Assembly: GCA_965206595.1 (NCBI GenBank)
Contig: OZ242214.1
Location: 3,200,001-3,264,000, forward strand
Source: Candidatus Latescibacterota bacterium
GTDB taxonomy: Bacteria; Latescibacterota; UBA2968; UBA8231
Reading direction: 5' to 3'
Length of the DNA: 64,000 nucleotides
The notes below the pieces were generated by a model that was not told the origin of the DNA, ran no database searches, and saw only the letters and a list, made by a program, of their open reading frames with translations. Each line of letters opens with the position of its first letter. Within the stretch, counting starts at the first letter, position 1. Below, one piece after another: positions 52,516-63,890 of the stretch. The position numbers were made by a program, and so were the translations under genes.

Positions 52516-53907
52516 ATGCGACTATGGCACCTCATGTTCATACTGGTTTTCCTGGCTGGCCATCTCCCCCGGGTTGGAACGACCCTGTTGGCCTTGTTTT
52601 TTGGATATGTAGCCGCTGTTGCGGAACATGAAATGGGCGAGCCGGATTCTTTCGAGTTAGGGCTCAACCCGTCTGATTTTCTTCCTTTGGAAGTGGGCAA
52701 CCGATGGACATTTACTCATGAGTATTTGAACGACATGTATGGGTATGACCCGCCTGATAACATGGATGAAGAAACAAAAGCATATCTAAGGGAATTCGAG
52801 GTGCCTGGATATCCGTTTGAAGAGGAGAGCAATCACCCGCCCAACTCCCTGACCCATTCGGAGCCGGCTGACCTTACCGTTGAAATCACCCATACGGAGT
52901 GGATTTCCGGAGAAGATTATTTCGTTTTCAGCGAACCATCGTATTCCTGGCCACCGCTGCCCAAAGGTTTTTTGGCCGGAAAGAAGGTGCGCTGGTTGGA
53001 GGGTATCCTGGTCTTCAACGAAGAGGGGTCAGATGTCCCCTTGTATGATTTTAGCACATCGTCGGAGAGGTACGAGTATGAAGTGGCCCCGGCCATTGGG
53101 CTCCTCCCCGTAAGGGTGTGGATTGTCCGGAGGATGACCGATAGCCTCACCTTTATCCCGAACCTTCGGGATCACCTGGACATCCTGATAACACCAGCCA
53201 ATCAGGGTCAGGTTTTGGAAGTTGAATTTCGTCTCAATTCTCCACTTCTGAATGAGGACTGGAAGGTTCTGTTCGTAAAAGGGTATGGGCTCGGACAATG
53301 GGAGCAAAAAGTCTACGGTCTTCATTATTCCGAACACTATTCCAACGTTCTCAAACCTGTCTCGGTTTTACTCTCGGGAAAACAGGCGTCCTATGAAGAA
53401 GCGACGAGGGAACTTGTAACCCTGATGGAACCCGAACTTCCCCCGATAGTGGGACAACGCGACACCTTATACTCCCTCGGAGGATTTGATTTCAGCAAAG
53501 GACAAAAACTGAATCCAAAGTGGTTATTCGATGAAGAGAACGACGACATTGAGTTTTGGCAACGAATAGATCCCAATGACGGGCTCTCTCTGGAGCCTGA
53601 AAAATTGGTATCCCTTACAGGTCTTGCCGATCTGGGGAGAGTGGATTTCACCGGTTTGGTCTCCACGGGTCCCCCCGATCTTCAGAAAGACCCTCGTCCC
53701 TGGTCGGTTATACCCCAGGAGTTGAATACCTATGCGTTTTGGACCCAGGAAGGAGGGATTGCTCTGATGAATGTCCTGGATGTAGTCCGCTCCCGGATTG
53801 GCAGTGGCATCTATATAGTGTTCGACTGGGTTTACTATCCTCCTTCGGAGGATTCTACTATTATCCAGTCTTTATCGTGGGGAGAACTGAAAAATCTTCT
53901 GCGTTAG
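52516..53907 (+). CDS. Secreted hypothetical protein (DFLPLEVGN family, copy 2) with SWGELK tail
   Basis: GGAGG RBS, hydrophobic N-terminus; shares DFLPLEVGNRWTF, TVEITHTEWI.GE.YFVFS.PSYSWPPLP, GFDFS.G and YAFWT.EGGIAL with 37369. Confidence 0.85.
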   Translation: MRLWHLMFILVFLAGHLPRVGTTLLALFFGYVAAVAEHEMGEPDSFELGLNPSDFLPLEVGNRWTFTHEYLNDMYGYDPPDNMDEETKAYLREFEVPGYPFEEESNHPPNSLTHSEPADLTVEITHTEWISGEDYFVFSEPSYSWPPLPKGFLAGKKVRWLEGILVFNEEGSDVPLYDFSTSSERYEYEVAPAIGLLPVRVWIVRRMTDSLTFIPNLRDHLDILITPANQGQVLEVEFRLNSPLLNEDWKVLFVKGYGLGQWEQKVYGLHYSEHYSNVLKPVSVLLSGKQASYEEATRELVTLMEPELPPIVGQRDTLYSLGGFDFSKGQKLNPKWLFDEENDDIEFWQRIDPNDGLSLEPEKLVSLTGLADLGRVDFTGLVSTGPPDLQKDPRPWSVIPQELNTYAFWTQEGGIALMNVLDVVRSRIGSGIYIVFDWVYYPPSEDSTIIQSLSWGELKNLLR

Positions 53908-54000
53908 GAGAGAAGTAGTTGCCTATCTATCTACACAACACCTCCCCAAGGGTACCCCCTTGTGGGCTCGTGCTAGCCTTTTTCAAATGGAGGAACGCTC

Positions 54001-57000
54001 ATGCGTTGCCATCTTTTTCAGATCAACCCATTTGCCCACCATGGAAACTGGGTGAAAATCCTGGCGGTTCTGTTGGTTGGTTTCAGCGCGTCGATTGCTC
54101 GGAGTGAAGAATTCGTTTGCGGATTTGTACCCCCCGAAGACGGAGCCACGGGAGCAAGTGGCACGGTCAATCTCTATCGAGAAGGAACCGTGAGACCGAT
54201 GATCCTGTATGGGGAGTTCAATGGTGCGGAAAATAACGACAGCTCTTTATTGAGCCTTTCGGATCGAGAAGGGAGAATAAACCAGAGTGCAGCCAACTTC
54301 CTATCCATAACCCATGAAGGAAGTTTGTCGCATTATTTCTTCAAGATGTCGCATCGTAAATTGACTTTGGCCCCTCCCCTTACCGGGAGTACTGCAAGAT
54401 GGTATGAATCCAGCGATGACGAAGTCTCCGATTACGTAGGGTCTCCCTGCGCCACCTGGTATTCAGGTGTGAAGAGATTCGTCCAGGAAGTAATTGTGGA
54501 GGCCGATGCGGAGGGAGTTGACTTCAGCCAAACGAACATGGTAGCCGTTATCACACCACGAGACTTTGGCGATGAATGCAGTAAGAATGGGACCGTTTTT
54601 TATAATTTGTCCCTTCCTACGCCCGTAGATGGAAAAACCCGTTTGGATAGGGTTATCACCGCGGACTATCGGGGCAGTTTCGCTTACATCGTTGGAGTTT
54701 TGGCCCACGAATACGGTCATGCGATGGACCTGCCTGAACTTTTTGATCGCACCCATCAGCGGGACAAAATCAATTCGGCAAGTCACAGTGCCGGCATCGG
54801 CCGTTGGGGGGTGATGGCGTCGGGTAACTTGGGATGGGAACATACGCCCACCGGCAAATCCGATCCGGTAAACGATGGCCCCAATCCCATGTCGATGTGG
54901 TCACGGGTGGAAGTGGAGTGGGTGGACCCTGTGGTTTTGGAAGCCGACCAATCGGGAGTCGAAGTCCAAAAAGTAACCTCTTCTTCGAATAGTGCCTACA
55001 AAATCCCCATTTCCGAGTCTGAATACTTCCTGGTCTCCAATCGTCAGAAGACGGGGGGGAGTGCCTACGATATCTACATGCCGGAAGGTGGAAGTGGTTT
55101 GGCCATCTGGCATATTGATGAAGACGCAGGTTCCGGCGATGATGCCAACGAATATGAGAGACACAAGCGTGTTGATTTGGAATGTGCCGATGGCCTGTTT
55201 TCGGACCGGGGGTATCCTGGCAACACCAAGGATGTTGAGGCCGGGGGTGATAATCTGGATTACACAACCTGTTCCGATGTTGCCGCTGGATGCATTCCCA
55301 GCTATCAAGCTACTCGCAATGGTAACGTAGGAGACGCTACCGATCTTTGGGATGGAAGCTCCCACACCCAATTTACCCCGGACACCAATCCCTCCACGGG
55401 TGGGTACGAACAGGGTTTCATAGCCAAAAGGCCACAGCCTATAGCGACCCGGCAGAATGTTTTCACCGGGGTGTTTATAGAAAACATCCGACCGGTTTCA
55501 GCCAAGCCCGGCGTGATGGCGTTTGATCTTCAATTTGCACCGCTGGCTCCCAATTCCCTGGATGCGGCGATCGGCGAGGGTCGCGTAGAGCTCACCTGGG
55601 AAGCGCCCAACCCCAACCCCAACCCCGCCACGATCGCCTCGTATAAGGTCCGACACCGCCTCAGTTCATCGACTTCGGAAACTGATTGGATGGTGTCAGA
55701 CCCGTTGGGCAAGTCAGTGACCAGTCATACGGTGACGGGACTGACCAACGACAGTGAATACACCTTTGAGGTATTCGCCGTTGCCAGCAATAACAAGGAG
55801 GGAGAGCCCGCCAGTATCACCGCCATCCCCCAACAGACCATCAAAGGAGATTCGTCCCCGGAGTTTGAGGAGATACCGGACAACACTTCGAACTGGGAAA
55901 GGTTGGTGGGGAGGTATGAAAAAGCTGGCTCCTATCGTTGGGACCTGGAAGGTGACGATGATGGCAAGTTCGAGCTTTCGGGCTCGGGCGGGGTTCGCGA
56001 ACTGCTTTTTCTGAATCCCCCCAACTTTGAAGCTCCAACTTCTGCTGATGGGGATAATTTTTTTGAAATAACCATAACGGTAGAGGAGACAGGCGCGAGC
56101 GGGGCTAGCGAAACGCCCCTAATGAAACCGGTCACCGTTGAGGTAACCAATGAAAATGAAAGGGGCATGGTGACGGTGACGCCTGACCGTTACCAAGTGG
56201 ACGTGGAGCTGACCGCGACCCTGACAGACCCCGACAGCCCTGACCCCAATAACCCCCCTACCGGGATCAATTGGCAATGGAAGCGGGGATCGGTATTCGA
56301 CCATAATGGCATTCTCACCCGGGCTCCAAATCTTCCAGACCCGATTATGGGTGCCACTGATTCGCGGTACACTCCGGTTGCAGAAGATATTGGCTATGAA
56401 CTGATTGCTGAAGTTGGCTATACCGACGGTCATGGCCCAGAGAAAAAGGAACTTTCGCCGCTGCCCGTCCCGCCGAAGGTGGTGGTTGATGTGCCCTCGG
56501 CGCCTGGAAACCTGCGGGCGGCCCCGCGCGATCGTGCGGTGCTTTTGACCTGGGACACGCCGGCGGACAACGGCTCGGCGCTTACCAGATATGATTACCG
56601 CCAGAGCACGGACGGGGGGACGACGTGGTCGCCGGACTGGGGGACGATTCCCCTTCCCTCCGGCACGACGGCCGCCGACCTCGAGGAGCACACGGTCACG
56701 AGCCTGACGAACGGCACCGTGTACACCTTCGAGGTGCGGGCCGTCAACGAGGTCGGGGACGGCGCCGCGGCGCAGGTTACCATGCCCCCGGAAAACCTGG
56801 CGGCGGAATGGGTTCTGGACGGTCTCGATATTTTTGCCGACCACAAAGTCACGCTGACCTGGGACGATCCGGGCGATACCCCGCATTACGGGATGGGACA
56901 CACGGCGGAAGGCGGGCTCTTTGGCCTGGCAGGACTGGCAGGAGATAAGCGGCAGCGGTGCGACTACGGTCACGCATACGGTGGAGGGCGTGAAGATGTG

Positions 57001-58715
57001 GCGGGGGCACCGGTTCAAGGTGCGGCCTCGCTACGGGACCTTCACGGGGGCGGAGCCGGAGGTGATGTTGTCCCCGCCATCGCATTTCCGGCAGCTGCTG
57101 TCGGTGAAGCCCCGAGGCGGGGCGGGCAAGGCGCAGTTCGAGGTGGGGTTTGACCTGTCGGTCGAGGATGAGGACCTGCCGGAAAGCGCTTATACGGTCC
57201 CGTCGGCCAACGTCCGGTATCAGCTGGTGACGATCAGCGCGACGGGGGTCACGACGACCAGCGATTTCGTAGACCTGGCCAATTTCTCTCTGCTTCTGCC
57301 TGCCGGGGCGAGCCTGGTATCGACTTTTTCGGCAACCGACCTTGCGCCGGTGGAGGGGTTGGCCGGGGGCGCGTCGGAGGCTCAAGCCGCCGCTTTCCGG
57401 CAGGCGGCGACGCTGCGAATCACGGGCCTGGACCCGGGCGTGACCTACCGAATCAAGATGCGCCTGGTCGCTTCGGACGGGGCGACGATTTCGGAGTCGA
57501 CTTCGGGTTCGGTGCTGGGTCTTCGCTGGCAGCGACCGACCGCCGGGTCGGTGGAGTTGACCTGGACGCATCCGGACGATCCGGCGATCACGGCCTGGCA
57601 GTATCGTCAGCAGGCGGGCAGCGGGTCTTGGGGGGTTTGGCAGAGCGTGCCCAACAGCACGGCGTCGACGACGAGTCACACGGTGTCCAGCCTGGACGCG
57701 GAGGAGACCTACCGGTTTCAGGTAGGCGCGATCGGTCCGGGGGGTCTGGTTGCCGAATCGTTCACGGTGTCGGCGGCTCCGAAGCCTTTGGTGGCGCCGG
57801 GCACCCTGCGTGCGGACCCCGGCCACGCGTCGATGACGTTGCGTTGGGACGACGCGAACAATGCCCGCATCACCGGGTGGCAGTATCGGCAGCGGCAGGC
57901 CGGAGAGGATTGGGGAGCGTGGCAGCCGGTCCCGAACAGCACGGCGTCGACGACCTCGTATACGGTGACGGGCCTGACCAACGGGGTGAGCTACCGGTTC
58001 CGGGTGCGGGCCTTGGCCGGGTCCCGGGAGGGTCCCTTCGGGAAGTCGGTGGGAGGTCCGCCCAACGGCTTGCGTGCCCAGGCGTTGAACGGCGCGGTGG
58101 AGCTGGTCTGGGCGGACCCGTCCGATTCCCGAATCGCGGGGTGGCAGTATCGGGTGCGCGAGCGTCAGGACAGCTGGGGCAGCTGGAGTGGGTGGCAGCC
58201 GATCCCGGGCAGCACGGCGTCGACGACCTCGTATACGGTGCCGGACCTGACCAACGGGGTGAGCTACCGGTTCCGGGTTCGGGGGGTGGCCTCGAATGGC
58301 CGGGTGGTGCTGGCCCGCACGTATTTGTCGAAGAGCACCAGCTACGGTGCGTGGTCGCCGGATGGCGGCCATATCGCCTTCGGTGACGTCTGGGGGCCCG
58401 GGCTTTTTGTCGCCGATTCTGCCGGGGCGCAGGTGCGGGAGCTTCTGGACAATGTCCAGGTCGGCGCTCTTTCCTGGTCGTCCGACAGCCAGCGGATTGC
58501 CTTCACCCAGGTGAGCGACGGGGCGACGGGCGCGCGCCTCTGGGGGCATCTACGAGGTGGAACTGGATGGCACGGGTAAGCGGTCTCGAGACGCCCATTT
58601 CGACGCTTGGGAGCATGCGCTCGATTCCGGTACGGTAATCGTCGAAAAGACTTGGGGGCAGGTCAAAGCACAGCAACTAAATCACATTACAATCAATCGC
58701 GGAGGTGACGCATGA
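54001..58715 (+). CDS. Giant gene C: M6 (immune inhibitor A-like) metalloprotease, FN3, cadherin-like, FN3 stalk, fused to a PD40 C-terminal fragment with TWGQVK tail; frameshifts near 56880 and 58535
   Basis: AHEYGHAMDLPELFD, GIGRWGVMASG Met-turn, EYFLVSNRQ, GLAIWHIDE; from 58316 the DNA matches the PD40 gene at 59330-59640. Confidence 0.85.
57752..58315 (+). repeat. Shared FN3 block, copy C
   Basis: Nearly identical to copies A, B and D. Confidence 0.9.
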
Positions 58716-59716
58716 AAGCGCTCGTACTACTTCTCGCATTCCTTTTCTGCTTTGGATGCGAAATGCCGGTCGAAGCCCAAGCCCAAGAGGAGGAAGAAGC
58801 CGGGCAGGACCAGGGGTTCAAGGTTTATTGGGAGTTCGTCGATGACGACCGAGAGTATGTGATCTACCGAAGCAACTTGGACGGGAGCGGCGAACGGGAG
58901 CTCGCCGTGGGGTATACTCCCGCCCTTTCTCCGGATCGGACCCACATGGTCTATGTAAGACTGGCGGATCTGTACCTGATGGATCTCGAGACCGAGGAAG
59001 AAACCCTGCTGCTTGATAATCGAACGATTTCCCCATCCGGAAATGCGGGGGCCGGACATCCCAAATGGCACCCCGATGGAGAGACGATCTTCTTTGATCT
59101 TGGAAGTATAGCCCACCTGCTCGATCTCTACTCGATAAAGAAGGACGGCACGAATCTCCGGCTGCTCGCCAAACAAGGCAGTCTGGCCAACGCATGGCCT
59201 TCTCCCTTCTCGCCGGACGGCCGCAAGTTTTTGTATAACGACTGTTTCGACGAATGCTACACGCTGCTGGTCTTCGACCTCGACGACCTCGACACGGTTA
59301 CCGGATCATCCTCCACGGACTCCCCTTCCCGCACGTACTTGTCGAAGAGCACCAGCTACGGTGCGTGGTCGCCGGATGGCGGCCATATCGCCTTCGGTGA
59401 CGTCTGGGGGCCCGGGCTTTTTGTCGCCGATTCTGCCGGGGCGCAGGTGCGGGAGCTTCTGGACAATGTCCAGGTCGGCGCTCTTTCCTGGTCGTCCGAC
59501 AGCCGGCGCATCGCCTTCACCCAGGTGAGCGACGGGGCGACGGGCGCCTCGGGGGGCATCTACGAGGTGGGTTTGGATGGCACGGAGAAGCGGTCTCGAG
59601 ACGCCCATTTCGGTGCTTGGGAGCATGCGCTCGATTCCACTACGGTCGTCGGCGACCAGCCCTCTGACCAGCCCTCTGAGAAGACTTGGGGGCAGGTCAA
59701 AAAAGAACAGCGGTAA
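58712..59716 (+). CDS. TolB-like (PD40) beta-propeller protein with TWGQVK tail, copy 2
   Basis: Paralog of 48842-49750 with the same RBS and first codons; PALSPD, WHPDG, FSPDG, WSPDG repeats. Confidence 0.85.
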   Translation: MKALVLLLAFLFCFGCEMPVEAQAQEEEEAGQDQGFKVYWEFVDDDREYVIYRSNLDGSGERELAVGYTPALSPDRTHMVYVRLADLYLMDLETEEETLLLDNRTISPSGNAGAGHPKWHPDGETIFFDLGSIAHLLDLYSIKKDGTNLRLLAKQGSLANAWPSPFSPDGRKFLYNDCFDECYTLLVFDLDDLDTVTGSSSTDSPSRTYLSKSTSYGAWSPDGGHIAFGDVWGPGLFVADSAGAQVRELLDNVQVGALSWSSDSRRIAFTQVSDGATGASGGIYEVGLDGTEKRSRDAHFGAWEHALDSTTVVGDQPSDQPSEKTWGQVKKEQR

Positions 59717-59995
59717 AAACTCCAACCCAACTAAAAACACCAAAACCCGAAAGGTTCCGGGATGAAAAGAGCGATCCTGTACGCCGCCTTGTGCCTGAGC
59801 GGAACTGCCCTGGCACAGGACACGACCTACTTCAAGCAGGACTTCGAGGATCATAGTCTGCGCACGTGGGCGCAACACGTTGTCAACGAAAATACCATCA
59901 CGCCTCAGCCCCTGCCTCATGTCAAGTTCAATCGCATCCGAGGCGGAAGAGCCGACCGCGCCCTTCTCGATACAACAATAGACGGCGTTGTCCTA

Positions 59996-61162
59996 GTGTC
60001 ATGTCGTGTAATTAACTGTACAAACAATTGAAAGTGCCGTAGGTTTCCCTTATCCCCCTTCTGAAAGGAGAGACCTATGGTGACGGGGCGTCCATTAACG
60101 CCGTTAGAGCTGAGTCCGTCGGACCGGGAACGACTGGAATCGATGGCCAAATCACGAAGTCTTCCCCACGGATTGGTGCGGCGAGCCGAGATGGTGCTGC
60201 TGGCCGCCGATGGCTGGCCCAATGAAGCGGTCGCTTCCGCGGTGGGTGTGACGCGAGCTACGGTGGGCAAATGGCGCCGGCGTTTTCTCGACAACGGACT
60301 CAATGGCTTGTATGATGAACTACGTTCAGGGGCGCCGCGATCGATCACGGACGAGCAGGTAGCCGAGGTGGTATACAAGACCCTGAAGACCAAGCCCAAA
60401 GACGAAACACAGTGGTCGGTGCGCTCCATGGGCGAAGAAACCGGCCTGACCAAGGACGCGGTTCATCGCATTTGGCGCACGTATGGTTTGCAGCCCCATC
60501 GACACAAGCGCTTCAAGCTTTCCACCGATCCTTTCTTTGTCGACAAAGTACGGGATATCGTCGGCTTATACCTGAATCCCCCCGAGCACGCCCTGGTGCT
60601 GTGCGTGGACGAGAAGAGCCAGATCCAGGCGTTGGAACGAAGTCAGCCCATGCTGCCCCTGGGACTGGGATACGTGGAAGGGATTACGCACGACTACAAG
60701 CGGCACGGCACCACCACCCTGTTTGCCGCCCTGGACATCGCCACCGGGGAAGTGATGACCCAGTGCAAGCCCCGTCATCGTCACCAGGAGTTCCTCCAGT
60801 TCCTGCGCCACATCGAGGCCAACGTGCCCGCTGACCTCGATATTCATCTCGTCGTCGACAACTACGCCACGCATAAGCATGCCAAGGTCAAGCGATGGCT
60901 GGCACGGCGTCCCCGATTTCACCTTCACTACACTCCCACGTATGCTTCGTGGCTCAATCAGGTGGAGATCTGGTTCAATATCCTCACCCGCCAGGCGGTT
61001 CGGCGCGATTCGTTCCGCAAGGTGTCGGAGCTCATCGAGCGAATCGAACGCTACACGGCCAAATGGAACGCCAACGCACACCCTTTCGTCTGGACGGCTA
61101 CGGCGGATTCCATCCTCGCCAAAATCAAGAGACTTTGTGAACGAATCTCTGCGACAGGACAC
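59996..61162 (+). mobile_element. IS630-family element, complete, with TA duplication
   Basis: TA|GTGTCATGTCG ... CGACAGGACAC|TA, inserted in a CTAG site. Confidence 0.95.
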
Positions 61163-61165
61163 TAG
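60077..61165 (+). CDS. IS630 transposase
   Basis: HTH plus [28 protein letters not shown]; the TAG stop is formed by the duplicated TA plus flank. Confidence 0.93.
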   Translation: MVTGRPLTPLELSPSDRERLESMAKSRSLPHGLVRRAEMVLLAADGWPNEAVASAVGVTRATVGKWRRRFLDNGLNGLYDELRSGAPRSITDEQVAEVVYKTLKTKPKDETQWSVRSMGEETGLTKDAVHRIWRTYGLQPHRHKRFKLSTDPFFVDKVRDIVGLYLNPPEHALVLCVDEKSQIQALERSQPMLPLGLGYVEGITHDYKRHGTTTLFAALDIATGEVMTQCKPRHRHQEFLQFLRHIEANVPADLDIHLVVDNYATHKHAKVKRWLARRPRFHLHYTPTYASWLNQVEIWFNILTRQAVRRDSFRKVSELIERIERYTAKWNANAHPFVWTATADSILAKIKRLCERISATGH

Positions 61166-63279
61166 CCAACCGGTCCTTGGAAGTGTTCATACCGGATTCC
61201 ACGAGCACGGATGACAGGGGGGATGCACTCCCCTCCCTCCACTTCGGGCGAAGCATCAGCTACTACCTGGGCGGCAGGATCGTCCGTGGCGACGCGACGA
61301 ACCTATGGCCAAGGGGTAATGATCGGATCTACGATTCGTTAGTGCCGGATAACGATGAGATGTACCTGAGGTATCATGTTAAACTGGAGGATGGCTGGCG
61401 TTTCTTAGAAAGACATGTAGTAAAAATCCCTGGTCTGGCAGGCACGTACAATGCCGGGGCGGGCGGCTGGAGGCCCGATCCGGAGCAAGGGTCTGTGGGG
61501 TGGTCGGCGCGCCTGCTGGCGGGAAGGGGGCCGGAATACCCCACAAACCAATGGTCGCCGTTGTCCTACGTCTATCACCTGAACCAGGAGAACGACACAG
61601 GCGATCACTGGCCTTATGACGAGACGGAGGGAAGAGTTGATTGGAACGCCGCGCCACGCCTTCAGATGAACCAATGGTATCGCATCGAGCAGCGCATCAA
61701 AATGAACGATCCGGGCCATGAAAACGGCCTGACCGAGGTCTGGATCAACGGCGAGAAGGATCCGGATTTATGCGTTTATGATTTGGCCTATACGACCCAC
61801 GATACTATCGGGATCAACCGAGCCTGGGCGGACATCCACTACGGCGGCAAATACCGTTCTCCTGCCGACAACACCCTGTTCCTCGACAACTTCCACGTCT
61901 CCACCAACCCCACCCCCTGGTCGGGTGAGTTGGTCGGCAGCAGCAAGTGGTCGGGCACGATCCTGGTCACCGGCGACGTCACGATTCCCGACGGAATGGA
62001 CCTGACCATCGCAGCCGATACCGAGATTCGCTTTGCGGCCAACAGCGACGAAACCGGCGGGGGCAGCGACACCGCCCGCTCGGAGCTGATCGTCGAGGGC
62101 GAGCTTGTTGCGACGGCGAGCGGCATCACCTTGGGCTCGAGCAACACCACCGACCCGTCCGACGAGGACTGGTACGGGATCCGGGTGAAGAGCGGGGGCG
62201 AGGCGACTTTGACCGGGGTGACGGTGAAGGACGCGAAGCATTGTGCGGAGGAGGAGTCCGGCGGCACCCTGACCATGTCGGAGGTTACCCTGTCCAACTG
62301 TGGGTCGCCGCCTGAGAATCTGCGTGCGCAATGGGTTTTCGACGGCAGCCATGCCTTCGGACACTCCAAGGCGAGTCTGAGCTGGACCGACCCGAGCGAT
62401 ACCCGGATTACGGGGTGGCAATATCAGAAGAAGGAAGGCAGCGGGACCTTGGGTTCCTGGCAGACGGTGTCCGACGAAGATGCCTCCCTGAATACGGTCA
62501 CGCAGGAGGTGGATGGCCTGAAGAGCTGGAAGACGTACCGGTTCAAGGTGCGGGCCCGTGCCGGACGCGTACCGGGTCCCGAATCCGAAGTGGGGCTGTC
62601 TCCGTTGCCGGTTTTTACGCAGTCGCTGCAGGTGCTGCCCCGGGGCGGTTCGGGCAAGGCGCAATTCGACCTGGTGTTTTCTCCCCCGGTGGACGGTCCG
62701 GACCTTCCGGATGATGCGCAGCAGGTTTCGTCGGGCAACCTCCGGTATCAGCTGGTGACCGTCGACGCGGAGGGCGCGACGAATACCAGCGATTTCGTAG
62801 ACCTGGCCAATTTCTCTCGGCTTCTGCCTTCCGGGGCGAGCCTGGCATCGACTTTTTCGGCAACCGACCTTGCGCCGGTTGAAACGACGGTTGGGGGTGC
62901 GTCGGAGACTCAAGCCGCCGCTTTCCGTCAGGCGGCGACGCTGCGAATCACGGGCCTGGACCCGGGCGTGACCTACCAAATCAAGATGCGTCTGGTCGCT
63001 TCGGACGGGGCGACGATTTCGGAGTCGACTTCGGGTACGGTTCTGGGTCTTCGCTGGCAGCGACCGACCGCCGGGTCGGTGGCGTTGAGCTGGACCGATC
63101 CCAACAAGCCGTTTATCAGGACTTGGCAGTATCGTCAGCGGGCCGGCAGCGGCTCGTGGGAGGGCTGGCAGAACGTGCGCGACCCCGGCGCGACGACGAC
63201 GACGGACACGGTCTCGGGTCTCGAGGCGGAGGAGACCTACCAGTTCCAGGTGCGGGCGCTGGTGCCGGGGGGTCCGTTG

Positions 63280-63890
63280 GCGGAATCGTTCACGGTGTCG
63301 GCGGCTCCGAAGCCTTTGGTGGCCCCGGGCACCCTGCGGGCGGACCCCGGCCACGCGTCGATGACGTTGCGTTGGGACGACGCGAACAATGCCCGCATCA
63401 CCGGCTGGCAGTATCGGCAGCGGCAGGCGGAGAGGATTGGGGAGCGTGGCAGCCGGTCCCGGGCAGCACGGCGTCGACGACCTCGTATACGGTGACGGGC
63501 CTGACCAACGGGGTGAGCTACCGGTTCCGGGTGCGGGCGTTGGCCGGGTCCGAGGAGGGTCCCCACGGGAAGTCGGTGGGCGGTCCGCCCAACGGCTTGC
63601 GGGCCCAGGCGTTGGACGGCTCGGTGGAGCTGGTCTGGGCGGACCCGTCCGATTCCCGTATCGCGGGGTGGCAGTATCGGGTGCGCGAGGGTCAGGGCAG
63701 GTGGAGTGGGTGGCAGCCGGTCCCGGGCAGCACGGCGTCGACGACCTCGTATACGGTGCCGGACCTGACCAACGGGGTGAGCTACCGGTTCCGGGTGCGG
63801 GGGGTGGCCTCGAATGGCGGGGTGGTGCTGGCCTGGCCGATGGTGGAGACGAGTCCGGACGGGTCGCTTGCGGTCCGGCCGCCGGAGATT
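63280..63890 (+). repeat. Shared FN3 block, copy D
   Basis: Nearly identical to copies A, B and C; diverges after the PPEI codons. Confidence 0.88.

Noticed and set aside
58316-59640. ~300 bp near-identical pair (58316-58628 vs 59330-59638) as DGR template/variable repeats, given an RT remnant in the window
   Set aside because: Mismatches are not adenine-specific and include indels; the RT fragment looks Abi/UG-type and lies 50 kb away.
36915-63890. Repeats as a CRISPR array or integron cassettes
   Set aside because: They are long in-frame coding repeats; no short regularly spaced repeats, cas genes, attC-like sites or integrase were seen.
37335-63890. Stalk truncation points fall at 4-bp palindromes (AGCT, GGCC, GGCC, GAT[C])
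   Set aside because: The motifs differ and such palindromes are common in GC-rich DNA; four cases do not support a site-specific mechanism.
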